Notes: generated from the letters alone by a model not told the origin. A stretch of 64,000 bases of DNA from Chitinophagaceae bacterium (GCA_047600605.1 JASGKK010000002.1:1075509-1139508), one strand, 5' to 3'. Numbered from the stretch's first letter, positions 37,072 through 47,128 are shown. Made by a program: numbers and translations.

Positions 37072-37647
37072 TCAGGGAATACGTTCAAGAGCCATTTTTA
37101 ACGACATCAGAAAAACACCACCGGAGAGGAATAATACCCACTCCCGCCGGTTGGCCCGCAACAGACCGGTGATCAGCTGCGTCAACAGCAGCAGGATCAG
37201 CACCACCACTATCTGACCGGCTTCGAGGCCTACATTGAAGCCAAACAGGCTCCAGCCCAGTTGCTGATCTTCTGCCAGCATAAAGCGGATGGAATTGGCA
37301 AAACCCATTCCATGGATCAACCCGAAAAACAAAGCCAGGAAATAGTTGATGCGTACCGAACGCGGGGTAAATTTTTTCTGAAATACATTAAAAAAGGCGG
37401 TAAGTACAATGGTGACAGGGATCAGGAATTCCACCCATTTACCGGGGAAACGTACTACATCGAGTACACTTAACGCCAGGGTAATGGAGTGACCAATGGT
37501 AAAGGCCGTGACCAGTATGAGCACCTGTTTCCAGTCGCGCAGCACATAGATGGCGCACAGTGCGGCAATAAACAGCTGATGATCCAGTGCATCGGGGCTG
37601 ATAATATGCTCCCAGCCCAGGCCAAAGTAAAATCCGAAGTCTCCCAT
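37072..37647 (-). CDS. HupE/UreJ family membrane protein
   Basis: MGDFGFYFGLGWEHIISPDALDHQLFIAALCAIYV...TIGHSITLALS. The alternative upstream start at 37698 is less consistent with family N-termini. Confidence 0.8.
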   Translation of the reverse strand: MGDFGFYFGLGWEHIISPDALDHQLFIAALCAIYVLRDWKQVLILVTAFTIGHSITLALSVLDVVRFPGKWVEFLIPVTIVLTAFFNVFQKKFTPRSVRINYFLALFFGLIHGMGFANSIRFMLAEDQQLGWSLFGFNVGLEAGQIVVVLILLLLTQLITGLLRANRREWVLFLSGGVFLMSLKMALERIP

Positions 37648-37755
37648 GGTAGTTTGATCGCAAAACAGGGACAACCATTCCTGTAAAATCTGCGTCACTG
37701 TGTTGCGGGGATCAAAATAAGCCAGACTTTTGTAAGCGAAAAAAAAATTTGGTCA

Positions 37756-38313
37756 ATGGTAGCATGGTTCAATAAATGGCTGATGATGGCGCTGTTGTGC
37801 GGCGGATTTGTAAGTACGACAGTTGTCGGACCCGTAGCCGGCGCAAAACCTGTTCACACACCGGGCATTCCGCACCCGCTGCACCTGGGTGTTACCGAGG
37901 CTGAGCATAATGCTGCCGACCAGACCCTTGAGATCAGTTGCAAGCTGTTTTCGGACGATTTTGAACGTATTCTCGAAAAAGTATATGACCGGGATATTGA
38001 CCTGATCAATCCATCCGACCGGGCTGCAGTACAGGCTGTGATCAATGATTATATCCGCAAGCACCTTTCCTTTAAAGTGGATGGCAAAGCAGTAACCTTC
38101 ACCTGTATCGGTTTTGAGCCCGACCATGAAGCCACTTACAGCTATTTTCAGGCGGAGGGGATAAAAGAAGTGAAAAAGGTAGAAGTGACCAGCACGCTGA
38201 TGTATGATCTGTTTGATGACCAGACCAACATTTTTCACATCAAGGTAAATGGTAAACGAAAGAGCAGCAAACTGAACTATCCGGCCAAAGTAACCGAGAT
38301 CAGTTTTCCCTGA
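37756..38313 (+). CDS. DUF6702-like secreted protein
   Basis: 185 aa with an N-terminal hydrophobic segment, divergent from HupE. I recall this family being neighboured by HupE/M1 genes in Bacteroidota, from memory only. Confidence 0.55.
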   Translation: MVAWFNKWLMMALLCGGFVSTTVVGPVAGAKPVHTPGIPHPLHLGVTEAEHNAADQTLEISCKLFSDDFERILEKVYDRDIDLINPSDRAAVQAVINDYIRKHLSFKVDGKAVTFTCIGFEPDHEATYSYFQAEGIKEVKKVEVTSTLMYDLFDDQTNIFHIKVNGKRKSSKLNYPAKVTEISFP

Positions 38314-38317
38314 TCAT

Positions 38318-39610
38318 TTATTCCTCCATTTCTTCGCGGATCTTTTCGCTGATCTTCACCAGTATCTTGTCAATACGGTGACCATCCATATCCACTATTT
38401 CAATGGTGAACCCTTTCCATTCCAGTTTATCGCCTGTATGGGGTATGCGTTCCAGTTTATGCAGGATAAAGCCGGCCAGGGTATCAAATTCCTGTTCGCC
38501 TTCGTGCATCCATTCCTGCTTTTCGAAACGGGTAAGGAAATCGTAAAAAGGAATCTGTGCATCTACCAGGTAAGAGCCGTCTTCGCGCTCTTTGATTTCA
38601 TATTCAGGAATGTCAGGTTGCGGCATATCGCCGATAATGGCTTCCAGAATATCGTTGAGGGTGATCATACCCAGGATAGTACCGTATTCATCCACAATAA
38701 AACAGGAGTGCAGCTGCGATTCCTTGAATTTTTCCATAACCTGGAAAGCGGTGTTGTTTTCGGGAACAAACAGGGCCGGCTTCATCAGGTTTTTGAAGGG
38801 GATATTATCGGGATTGGTATAAAGGTCTTTAATGGACACCACGCCTTTGATATTGTCAATATCGCGCTCGCAGATGGGATACATGGAATGCGGTTCGCGC
38901 ATGATCTTTTCCTTGATATCCTCTTCGGTATCTTCCGTATTGAACCATACGATATCACTCCGGTGGGTCATGAGTGAGGTAATATTGCGGTCGCTCAGGT
39001 GAAATACGCGTTCTATGATCTCCTGTTCGGTTTCTTCGATTGTGCCCTGCTCGGTACCCTCACTGATGATGGCCTTGATCTCTTCTTCCGTTACCTGATT
39101 GTCGTTTGACTTGAGTTTGAATATAGAGATAATGGCATTACTGGATTTACTGAGCAACCAGATAAAGGGATAAGTGATCCGGCTGAGCACATGCATGGGC
39201 CTTGCCACGGTTTTGGCAATGGCTTCGGGATTGGACAGTCCTAGACGTTTCGGTACCAGCTCTCCAAAAATGATCGTGAAATAGGTGATGATGATAACTA
39301 CAATGGCGGTAGCCAGGCCATGCGAGTAGGGCTGCAGTTTGGGCCATTGATTGAGGTATAAAGCAAAATCATCTGTGATCTTTTCACCGGAATAGATACC
39401 GGTCATGATACCCACCACAGTGATGCCCATTTGTACAGTAGAAAGAAAGTTTTCCGGTTTATTGGCGAGTTTCAGTGCCTCTTTTGCCTCTTTATCCCCC
39501 CGGTTTGCCTGTGCTTCCAGTCTCGACTTCCTGGCCGACACCAGTGCAATTTCAGCCATGGAGAAGAGGCCATTCAGCAGGATCAGTCCTGCCAGTATGA
39601 GTATTTCCAT
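38318..39610 (-). CDS. hemolysin/CNNM family protein (DUF21 TM domain + CBS pair + CorC_HlyC)
   Basis: MEILILAGLILLNGLFSMAEIALVSARKSRLE..., a CBS-like middle section, and a C-terminal ...GDKLEWKGFTIEIVDMDGHRIDKILV. Confidence 0.88.
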   Translation of the reverse strand: MEILILAGLILLNGLFSMAEIALVSARKSRLEAQANRGDKEAKEALKLANKPENFLSTVQMGITVVGIMTGIYSGEKITDDFALYLNQWPKLQPYSHGLATAIVVIIITYFTIIFGELVPKRLGLSNPEAIAKTVARPMHVLSRITYPFIWLLSKSSNAIISIFKLKSNDNQVTEEEIKAIISEGTEQGTIEETEQEIIERVFHLSDRNITSLMTHRSDIVWFNTEDTEEDIKEKIMREPHSMYPICERDIDNIKGVVSIKDLYTNPDNIPFKNLMKPALFVPENNTAFQVMEKFKESQLHSCFIVDEYGTILGMITLNDILEAIIGDMPQPDIPEYEIKEREDGSYLVDAQIPFYDFLTRFEKQEWMHEGEQEFDTLAGFILHKLERIPHTGDKLEWKGFTIEIVDMDGHRIDKILVKISEKIREEMEE

Positions 39611-40231
39611 TTAAGAAGACAACGTTGGTTGTTTATCGAAGATAATGAATCCGTAGCGCTTGTTATACAGGCGACCGGTCAATGTGCCTAAAATGAGGCC
39701 GATTGTAGTGCCGGCAATCACATCAAACGGGTAATGTACACCTACGTAGATCTGGGCATAGCCAATAAGACCGGCCCACACGAAGCCGGTCAGAGCCCAG
39801 CGGCCCAGCCACTTACGGGTGGTAATAAAGAAAAAAGCGGCCATGCCGGTATGATTGGCAGCGTGATTGGAGGTAAAGCTGTGACCCGATGAGCAATAAT
39901 TGACCAGCAGCCGCACTTTCATCATAAAATCGGGATCGTTGCAGGGGCGCATCCGTTCAAAATTGTGTTTGAACAGATAGGTGCCGGTCATATCGGTGAG
40001 CGCCACTGTAGCGAGCATGAATAAAACCCACCAGGCTCCTTTTTCTTTAAAATTGAGCAAGGCAAAACTGATCAGAAACAGGTATAAGGGAGCCCAGTTG
40101 AGCGCATTACGCATAAAAGGCATTACTACATCAAACAGGGGATTGGTGAGCCGGCTATTGACCAGCATAAAAAGCCACTGATCCCATTGTTCGGCGGTAT
40201 GAAGCACACCCGCCTGTAAGAATGAATCCAT
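39611..40231 (-). CDS. PAP2 family phosphatase
   Basis: PAP2 motifs KHNFERMRP, SSGHS and VGVHYPFDV. Its stop directly abuts the downstream gene start. Confidence 0.85.
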   Translation of the reverse strand: MDSFLQAGVLHTAEQWDQWLFMLVNSRLTNPLFDVVMPFMRNALNWAPLYLFLISFALLNFKEKGAWWVLFMLATVALTDMTGTYLFKHNFERMRPCNDPDFMMKVRLLVNYCSSGHSFTSNHAANHTGMAAFFFITTRKWLGRWALTGFVWAGLIGYAQIYVGVHYPFDVIAGTTIGLILGTLTGRLYNKRYGFIIFDKQPTLSS

Positions 40232-40359
40232 GGCGCAAATTTACCGAATTGCGGGCAATACGGGTAATCATCCGTTGCCGCTGATCCCGCCATTACTTGT
40301 GCAAACGGATTAAAATGATTTTTTTTGCAATCCACCAGTCAACCCGTGGCTTTTAAATT

Positions 40360-42333
40360 ATGCTCAGAAGGTATAAAATACCGAAAACACTCCTGTGGGT
40401 GATCAACCTTTTCGGTCTGTTCCTTCTCATTTTTACCATATTCCGGTTGACTACCTACTGGGCTTTCCGGCCACAGGATCTTCATTTTACAGATGTATTG
40501 CCTTCCTTCCTGATGGGACTGCAGTTTGACCTGCGCTGGATCTCCATTCTCCTGTTGCCGGTTGTCGTACTCAGCATGTGGCCGCGTCTTTCGCCTTTTT
40601 ATTCCGCCCGCAACAAAAAATGGTGGACCTGGTACCTGGCTGCTGCCACATTTATTGTGTTCTTCTTTTTTGCCGCCGACTTCGGCAGTTTTTCCTACAA
40701 CCAGACCCGGCTCGATGCAGGCGCGATGAATTTTGTGGAAGATCCCGGTATCTCCCTGCGTATGATGTGGCAGACCTATCCGTTGTTCTGGATGGTGCTG
40801 GGGCTGCTGATCACCGTACTGCTGTTTCGCTGGATGTATCACAAAAGCCACTGGCGGGTGATTCACCAGACCGATGGCCTCAAAATCCCTTACCGGCGGA
40901 AATTCTTTGTTGTGGCAGCAGTAGTACTCCTGCTGTTTGTATACGGCCGTGTGGGGCAGACCCCGCTTGCATGGAAACACTGTTTTGTCTTTCAGGACAA
41001 CTTCAAATCATACCTGGCACTTAACCCGCTGCAGAATTTTTTTACCACACTTAAACTGCGGCGGCCGGAGTATAATGAGCAAAAAGCACGTGCAGCATTT
41101 CCGCTGATGGCCAAATGGATGCAGTTGCCACAACCAGACAGGTTTTCTTACCGGCGTGTAGTGGCACCCGGCAGCCGCGCGGTGGAAAGCCGTCCCAATA
41201 TTGTGCTGGTGATGTGTGAGTCATTCAGCATGTTTAAGAGTTCGATGAGTGGCAATCCGCTCAATACCACTCCATTCTTTGATTCACTTTCGAGCCAGGG
41301 GGTGTTTTTCGAGCGTTGTTTCTCCCCGCATTTCTCTACAGCCCGCGGCCTGTTTGCCCTTGTGACCGGTATTCCGGATGCGCAGTTATTTAAATTCTCT
41401 ACCCGCAATCCGCTCGCCAGCCGCCAGCATACCATCATTGATAATTTTGATGGGTACAGCAAACATTATTTCCTGGGTGGCGATCCCGAGTTCAACAACT
41501 TCAAGGGACTACTGGCCAATATCGATGGTTTGCAGATGCATACAGAAGGAAGTTTTACTTCACCTAAAATCAATGTATGGGGCATCAGTGATAAAGATCT
41601 GTTTCTGGAAGCCAATAAAACATTCGCTGCAGAGCTGAAACCATTTTTCGCCATCATTCAAACATCCAATAATCACCGGCCTTATATGATCCCGCCTGCC
41701 GATACCGCTTTCGAAAAGCGTATTGTACCCGATGACCTGTTGCGCAAATATGGCTTTGAGTCGCTCGATGAGTATAATACCTTTCGCTATTCAGATTATT
41801 GTATTCGCCGCTTTATTGATGCAGCCAGCACCGAAGATTATTTTCACAATACCATCTTTGTATTTGTGGGCGATCATGGGGTGGCTGGCAATGCCGAAGC
41901 CATTTATCCTCCGGCCTGGACACATCAGCGGCTTACCGATGAGCATGTACCGCTGCTCTTTTATGCACCCTATATACTGCAGCCGCAACGCCGCAGGGAA
42001 GTGGTATCGCAGATCGATGTGCTGCCAACCATCGCAGGCATGGTGCAGCAACCATACGTCAATACCACGCTGGGGCGTGATCTGCTGGATCCGCAGAAAC
42101 GGGGCAATTTTGCTTTTATCACCAATACGGCGGGTAAGATCGGTATGGTGACGGATGATTATTATTTTACTACTAATCTCAATTTCCCCGACGAACAAAT
42201 GGTATCGGTACGTTTTACCGAGCCGGTACATTCCCGCAGTCAGCGTGATTCCATTCAGCGCGAACTATCGGCATTTACACAGGCATTTTTTGAAACTGCG
42301 CGGTATATGATTATGAATAATAAAGCGGATTGA
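40360..42333 (+). CDS. LTA synthase/sulfatase family membrane protein
   Basis: Five N-terminal TM segments, then an alkaline-phosphatase-superfamily domain (NIVLVMCESFS...VFVGDHG). Confidence 0.85.
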   Translation: MLRRYKIPKTLLWVINLFGLFLLIFTIFRLTTYWAFRPQDLHFTDVLPSFLMGLQFDLRWISILLLPVVVLSMWPRLSPFYSARNKKWWTWYLAAATFIVFFFFAADFGSFSYNQTRLDAGAMNFVEDPGISLRMMWQTYPLFWMVLGLLITVLLFRWMYHKSHWRVIHQTDGLKIPYRRKFFVVAAVVLLLFVYGRVGQTPLAWKHCFVFQDNFKSYLALNPLQNFFTTLKLRRPEYNEQKARAAFPLMAKWMQLPQPDRFSYRRVVAPGSRAVESRPNIVLVMCESFSMFKSSMSGNPLNTTPFFDSLSSQGVFFERCFSPHFSTARGLFALVTGIPDAQLFKFSTRNPLASRQHTIIDNFDGYSKHYFLGGDPEFNNFKGLLANIDGLQMHTEGSFTSPKINVWGISDKDLFLEANKTFAAELKPFFAIIQTSNNHRPYMIPPADTAFEKRIVPDDLLRKYGFESLDEYNTFRYSDYCIRRFIDAASTEDYFHNTIFVFVGDHGVAGNAEAIYPPAWTHQRLTDEHVPLLFYAPYILQPQRRREVVSQIDVLPTIAGMVQQPYVNTTLGRDLLDPQKRGNFAFITNTAGKIGMVTDDYYFTTNLNFPDEQMVSVRFTEPVHSRSQRDSIQRELSAFTQAFFETARYMIMNNKAD

Positions 42334-42459
42334 GAGTGGTGGACAGAATAAAAGTTTAAAGGTTTAAAAGTATAAAGGGTATAAAGAGTTTAAAGAGTTT
42401 AAAGGGTATTATATCTGTCCACTGACTACTGACTACTGACTACTGACCACTGTCCACTC
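42334..42459. repeat. micro-tandem array R5 (nonamers + six heptamers) bracketed by an inverted repeat
   Basis: GAGTGGTGGACAG (42334-42346) pairs with CTGTCCACTC (42450-42459). Nonamers span 42347-42412. Heptamers read CTGTCCA CTGACTA CTGACTA CTGACTA CTGACCA CTGTCCA (42415-42456). The array fills the gap between convergent stops at 42333 and 42458. Confidence 0.85.
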
Positions 42460-43567
42460 AATTCACCTCCTCCTTCCGCTGTAGTTTCTCAATCATTCCT
42501 TCTACCGCTGTTTTATTGACGGCATCGGGAGCAAGGGGCAGGGCCTGCCGGGCATATTTGAGTGCCTGTTTGAGATCGCCATTGGCGGAGAGGCCACGGC
42601 ACATCCCCACCAGGGTTGTAAACTGACCGGGGTGGGCTTTCAGGTTTTGTCTGAATACTTCCAGCGCGGTGGCATTTTGTTTTTGCTGTAATAACTGCCG
42701 GCCATAATTGTGCACTTCCTGCATGCTGGCGAGTGGCAATCCCTTTTGCATGAGTTGAGCAGCTTCTTCCGGTTTGTCCATTTTTCGCAATAAAGCAGCT
42801 TTGACTATATAGGTGGCAAAAATGCGATCACCGCCAAAGGTGGGACTGTTGGCACTATCGGCCCAGGCGAGTGCCTGTTGCAGATTTACATTACGCTGCA
42901 GGCACCAGTTGGCTGCCATATTCCAGCTTTCCCAGGTAAATCCTTTTTCCTGACGCAGTTCTTTACGGAAGCTTTCCAACTGATCATTTACATAATCTGT
43001 TTCAATGGTAAAGGGGATGCTTAATTTTTCCCATTTGAGTGCCACCTGTGCCTTGTTTTCGGCAAGCGCATTGAATTCGTATTTAAGCCACTCCACAGAT
43101 TCGGTGAGAGCAACGGGTTTTACCGTTACTCGCAGGATATCTTCTGCCGGATCGTAATAATAGCTGCCCCAGGAGTCGGCATTACGGGAAAAGATCAGGA
43201 TGCACTGATCGGCACCATAGGCGATAAAGAACCCATATCTGCCGGCAGGCAGTGGCTGGCCTTCAATCTTCACCGGACGGGAAAATTCAATAGTAGTGTT
43301 TTCATTGGCACCGGCGCGCCAGGGAGCGGCTTTACTACTGCCAAAGCCCTGGTCGGCAAATCCTGCATATACCAGCTGACCCCATATCTTTCCTTCCCGC
43401 CCTTTTACACCGGGCCGGTCATAGTGAATGCTCACATCCGTAAGACCAATCCGTTCGGAAACGGAGGCTTTTTTGTTGCCGCCACTGGGGGCTGTTGTAA
43501 GCGGAATCTGCGCATGCACGGCAAAGGGGAGTGCCATGCAGCAAAGTACATAGAACAGGTAACGCAT
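42458..43567 (-). CDS. DUF2911 domain protein with C-terminal TPR repeats
   Basis: Signal peptide MRYLFYVLCCMALPFAVHAQ. ...VSIHYDRPGVKGREGKIWGQLVYAG...WRAGANENTTIEFS... is DUF2911-like, followed by a TPR-like tail. Confidence 0.75.
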   Translation of the reverse strand: MRYLFYVLCCMALPFAVHAQIPLTTAPSGGNKKASVSERIGLTDVSIHYDRPGVKGREGKIWGQLVYAGFADQGFGSSKAAPWRAGANENTTIEFSRPVKIEGQPLPAGRYGFFIAYGADQCILIFSRNADSWGSYYYDPAEDILRVTVKPVALTESVEWLKYEFNALAENKAQVALKWEKLSIPFTIETDYVNDQLESFRKELRQEKGFTWESWNMAANWCLQRNVNLQQALAWADSANSPTFGGDRIFATYIVKAALLRKMDKPEEAAQLMQKGLPLASMQEVHNYGRQLLQQKQNATALEVFRQNLKAHPGQFTTLVGMCRGLSANGDLKQALKYARQALPLAPDAVNKTAVEGMIEKLQRKEEVN

Positions 43568-43608
43568 AATGGTAGTTTTATAAGAGCAAGCTAGGCATTT
43601 ACCGGATT

Positions 43609-43847
43609 GAGTGGTCAGTGGATAGTGGTCAGTGGCTGGGAATTGGTTCGAATGGCTGAAAGTATCAGGAGAAAATGTATAAAAGTGTAAAGGTTTAAAA
43701 GTATAAAGGGTATAAAGCGTTTAAAGGGAAGAGGTAGCTGGTAAAAGGCTAAGGGGGTGTTCATTAGCGCGCATGAGTAAACCAGCGCAGTGGCATATTT
43801 TCCTTCTTCATCTTCAAATTTTCAAATTATCAAACCACTGCTGTCCG
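43609..43847. repeat. composite micro-tandem array R6 (same modules as R1, opposite orientation)
   Basis: Heptamers TGGTCAG TGGATAG TGGTCAG TGGCTGG (43609-43640). Nonamers at 43677-43728. Octamers, read on the other strand, are GGTTTGAT AATTTGAA AATTTGAA GATGAAGA (43801-43836). Confidence 0.8.
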
Positions 43848-44366
43848 GGAAAATAAAAGAAAATAGCTATTCTTTCGGGAAGTTATCACACTGTCTTTAC
43901 AGTTGAAACGAAGCATACGATCCGGATGCGCAGCGATCCGAAGTCGCGGATTGACCGATCGGTTAAACTGGAAATGATCGAATCGTTTATTATCCGCATA
44001 ATACTGTTCTCCCGTTTCGTACCTGCTTTTAATTCCGTCTTTTTGCCTCCACGGCCGGCAGGCCGATGTGGTTCACCGGTGCTGTGTTTTTCTCCGGTCT
44101 CTGCTTACTGTATAAATTTTAAAGATTCAATCGGAGAAAAACAAGGCACCTTGTGAACCACAAGAAAAAATAAGAGAAAATGGTAGGCAAATGGGATAAA
44201 GAGCCTCTGACACTCTGTGGCCATATCCAACAATGTTATAAAGGGGGCGTTACTTTTAAAAAACTTTCAAAACCGCCTGTAGGTAGCTGATTAGAAGATG
44301 ACCTGTTTTTAATATGAATTTTCCCCGGACAACAGTGATCATCAAATCTTCAAATCACACTGTCCG

Positions 44367-45011
44367 CTACTTAATCAGTTTATGCTCATACGCATATTTC
44401 ACCAGGCCAATCACACTGTTGGTGCCTGATTTGCGGAAGATGTTTTTGCGGTGGGTTTCTACCGTTCGTTCGCTGATGAAAAGAGCCTCTGCGATTTGTT
44501 TGTTGTTATATTCTTTTTCGATAAGGCGAATGATTTCAATTTCGCGCTCCGTCAGGTGGGCTTCTTCGTTTTGTTTTTTGCGGGTATCTGTTTTTTGCAG
44601 GGCGGTAATCACTTCTTCGCTGAAGTAGATGCCTCCGTCGGCTATGCGGGTGAGTGCGGTGACCAACTCTGTTTGCCCGATATTTTTCAGTACATAACCC
44701 GAAATATCGGCATGGGTGATCATATCATTGACCAGGTCGCCTTCACCGTTCATTGACAGGGCAAGGATCTTTACCTGCGGGAATTTTTCTTTGACTTTGC
44801 GGGCCAGTTCATTGCCGGCCATCTCCGGCATCATCACATCTGTAAGGAGGATATCGACGGGGGTGTCGGCCAGTTTCTGCAGTACCTCGCGGGGGTGAGT
44901 AGTGGCAAAGGCAAAATGGAATTGCTCATTGCCAGCCAGCAGGGCCTGCAAGCCATCGATCACTATCTGGTGATCGTCTACAAATGCCAGCGTTATTTTC
45001 CCGTTTTTCAT
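44367..45011 (-). CDS. LuxR/NarL-family response regulator
   Basis: REC domain (ITLAFVDDHQIV...DILLTDVMMPEM) plus an HTH (LTEREIEIIRLIEKEYNNKQIAEALFISERTVETHRKNIFRK). The ATG at 45011 is preferred over the TTG at 45023. Confidence 0.9.
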   Translation of the reverse strand: MKNGKITLAFVDDHQIVIDGLQALLAGNEQFHFAFATTHPREVLQKLADTPVDILLTDVMMPEMAGNELARKVKEKFPQVKILALSMNGEGDLVNDMITHADISGYVLKNIGQTELVTALTRIADGGIYFSEEVITALQKTDTRKKQNEEAHLTEREIEIIRLIEKEYNNKQIAEALFISERTVETHRKNIFRKSGTNSVIGLVKYAYEHKLIK

Positions 45012-45079
45012 GTGGTGTCTCAAAATACTATAAATTCCGGAAGAGCACTATAGCCTGTGGCAAAAATTGATCATTACCG

Positions 45080-47128
45080 CTAAAGAGGCACATGAATGGC
45101 CACGAGTGTACCACGTCCGGGGCTGGTGTCAAAATCAACTGTTCCCTTCAGGTATTGAATACGGGTAAGGATGTTTTTCAGGCCAATACCATCAAACTTA
45201 GACTGGTCGGTAACGGCAAATCCTTTTCCATTGTCTTCAATAGTGGCACTGATACCGTCTTTATCCCTGGCAATGGAAATATCGAGGGTAGTAGCTCCGC
45301 TGTGTTTGATCACATTGTTGACACATTCCTGTACTACCCGGTACAAAACAGTTTCCACATTACTATCGAGGCGCTCATCGAGCCCTTCTGTATAGATATG
45401 TACCTGCAGGGCGCGTTTATCTATTTTGTCAATAAAATCGCGGACAGCGCTGGCCAGGCTGTTTTTAAGCAGGGCATTGGGCATCATGTTGTGCGATACG
45501 GCCCTGATCTCTTTGCAGCTTTCATCTACCAGGCCAATGATCTTTTCAAATGATTGCAGTTGCTCCTGTGGCAACCGGAGATTGGCTTCAAAGGCCGACA
45601 GATTCATCTTGGCGGCACTCATCATTTGCCCTACGCCATCATGCAGATCGCGGGCTATGCGTTGCCGTTCGTCTTCCTCGGCTTTGATCACAGCGCGGGT
45701 AGCGAGTTCCTGTTGCCGGATGATCTCATCGCGCAGGCGGGCCTGCTGTTTCAGCCGGTAACGGCGATATATGGATATGCCCAGCAACAAGACCAGAATG
45801 AATACACCGGATACGGCCCAGATAATAATATTTTTTTTGCCGATCTCTGCCTGCTGTAGCAATATTTCCTGTTCTTTCTTTTCGGTTTCGTATTTGACCT
45901 CCATATCGGCCATTGCTTTCAGATTGGCTTCGTTGAGGAGGGTATCTTTGAGGGCAGAAAATAACTGCTGATACCGTAAGGCCTCGCGCAGGTTGCCGGT
46001 AGCGGCATAATACTCTGCACTTGCTTCGTAGAGGTATTTGCGGTCGTCTTTGCGATTGGTCTCATTGATAATAGCCCGCGCACTGTCGAGGGCTGTGCTG
46101 GCTTCAGCATAACGGCCGAGGCGTGTGTGCGCCTGTGCCAGTCCCAGCAGGGGGGCTGCCAGATTGCGCAGGTTGCCCATTTGCCGGTTGAGGGTAACAG
46201 AGCGAGTGAAATAGACCCTTGCAGAATCGTTTTCGGCCTGATCCAGAAATATCCTGCCAAGATCAGAGGCCACCATGGCTATTTGCCGGGCATCGTTGGT
46301 CCGCTCATAAATCTCCATGGATTTATTGATGGCGGCACGTGCTTCGTTGAATTGCTTTTTTTCAGAAAAAACGGAGCCAAGCGTTTGATAACTGATGGCC
46401 AGTTCATTCCAGTCTTTGCTGGCTTCCTGTATGCGAATGCCTTGCTGCAGGTGTTCTATGGCCTTATTGTATTCTTTTTTACGACGGTATACAATAGCAA
46501 TAAAGTTGTGTGTTTTGGCTACTGCCCGCTGATCATTGAGTTTTTCAAACTGGCGGAGTGCATAAAAGAAATTATCGAGGGCTTTGTCGTAATCGCCAAT
46601 ATCCTTGTAGATAAAACCAATGTTGTTGTAGCTCATGGCAATGCCTGAAGAGTCATGTGCCTGCTGCCGGATCTCGAGTGCGCTTTTGTGTTTGTCGAGT
46701 GCTTGCGGGTATTCGCCCAGTTCAATATGGATATTGGCTTCGTTGTTGCGGGCAAATGCCATGTTGATTTTATCACCGGCCTTACTCGAAAAATCATAAT
46801 ATTTCTGAAAGGCCTGCATGGCTTCGGGATATTTGCCCTGCATGTAAGAGGCATAACCGATCGAGTTCCAGGCAAAGGCATTAAAGCGGGGAGGCCCTTT
46901 GAGTGTTTCATTTTTCTGCAAGGCAGCCTGTGCATAGTAGATACCGGAGTCGGGTTTGGTCCAGCGGTAATATTCAGCGATACGCAGCAAAGTGCGCACC
47001 TGTTGTGTATCGGCTGGTTGTGTTGCTGCCTGTTTGAGCAGACTGTCAATATTGGTGGATTGGGCAGCTGTCCAAAAAGGGGCTACCAGTATGAGTCCGG
47101 AGACCCAACGGTTCAGTGGTGTGCGCAT
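45080..47128 (-). CDS. TPR-repeat sensor histidine kinase (HisKA_3 + HATPase_c)
   Basis: Signal/TM segment, about 8 TPR-like repeats, one TM segment, the H-box RIARDLHDGVGQ, and an ATPase G-box ...DNGKGF...GIGLKNI. Confidence 0.9.
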   Translation of the reverse strand: MRTPLNRWVSGLILVAPFWTAAQSTNIDSLLKQAATQPADTQQVRTLLRIAEYYRWTKPDSGIYYAQAALQKNETLKGPPRFNAFAWNSIGYASYMQGKYPEAMQAFQKYYDFSSKAGDKINMAFARNNEANIHIELGEYPQALDKHKSALEIRQQAHDSSGIAMSYNNIGFIYKDIGDYDKALDNFFYALRQFEKLNDQRAVAKTHNFIAIVYRRKKEYNKAIEHLQQGIRIQEASKDWNELAISYQTLGSVFSEKKQFNEARAAINKSMEIYERTNDARQIAMVASDLGRIFLDQAENDSARVYFTRSVTLNRQMGNLRNLAAPLLGLAQAHTRLGRYAEASTALDSARAIINETNRKDDRKYLYEASAEYYAATGNLREALRYQQLFSALKDTLLNEANLKAMADMEVKYETEKKEQEILLQQAEIGKKNIIIWAVSGVFILVLLLGISIYRRYRLKQQARLRDEIIRQQELATRAVIKAEEDERQRIARDLHDGVGQMMSAAKMNLSAFEANLRLPQEQLQSFEKIIGLVDESCKEIRAVSHNMMPNALLKNSLASAVRDFIDKIDKRALQVHIYTEGLDERLDSNVETVLYRVVQECVNNVIKHSGATTLDISIARDKDGISATIEDNGKGFAVTDQSKFDGIGLKNILTRIQYLKGTVDFDTSPGRGTLVAIHVPL

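Noticed and set aside
40339-40980. 213-aa minus-strand ORF and plus-strand ORFs 40526-41024 overlapping the LTA-synthase gene. Similar cases are 34512-35054 and 35874-36539 opposite the M1 peptidase, and 45092-47179 opposite the kinase
   Set aside because: In each case the annotated strand carries diagnostic motifs (sulfatase, HExxH, H-box). The alternatives have Pro/Arg/Cys-rich nonsense composition.
43645-43653. tRNA-like T-loop word GGTTCGAAT
   Set aside because: The flanking bases cannot form a T-stem, acceptor stem or anticodon arm. It sits inside repeat element R6.
43926-44156. 76-aa plus-strand ORF in the large intergenic gap
   Set aside because: It has no ribosome-binding context I could see and an unusual Ser/Pro/Phe/Arg-rich composition. 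It also overlaps GC-rich stems, so it is more likely non-coding.
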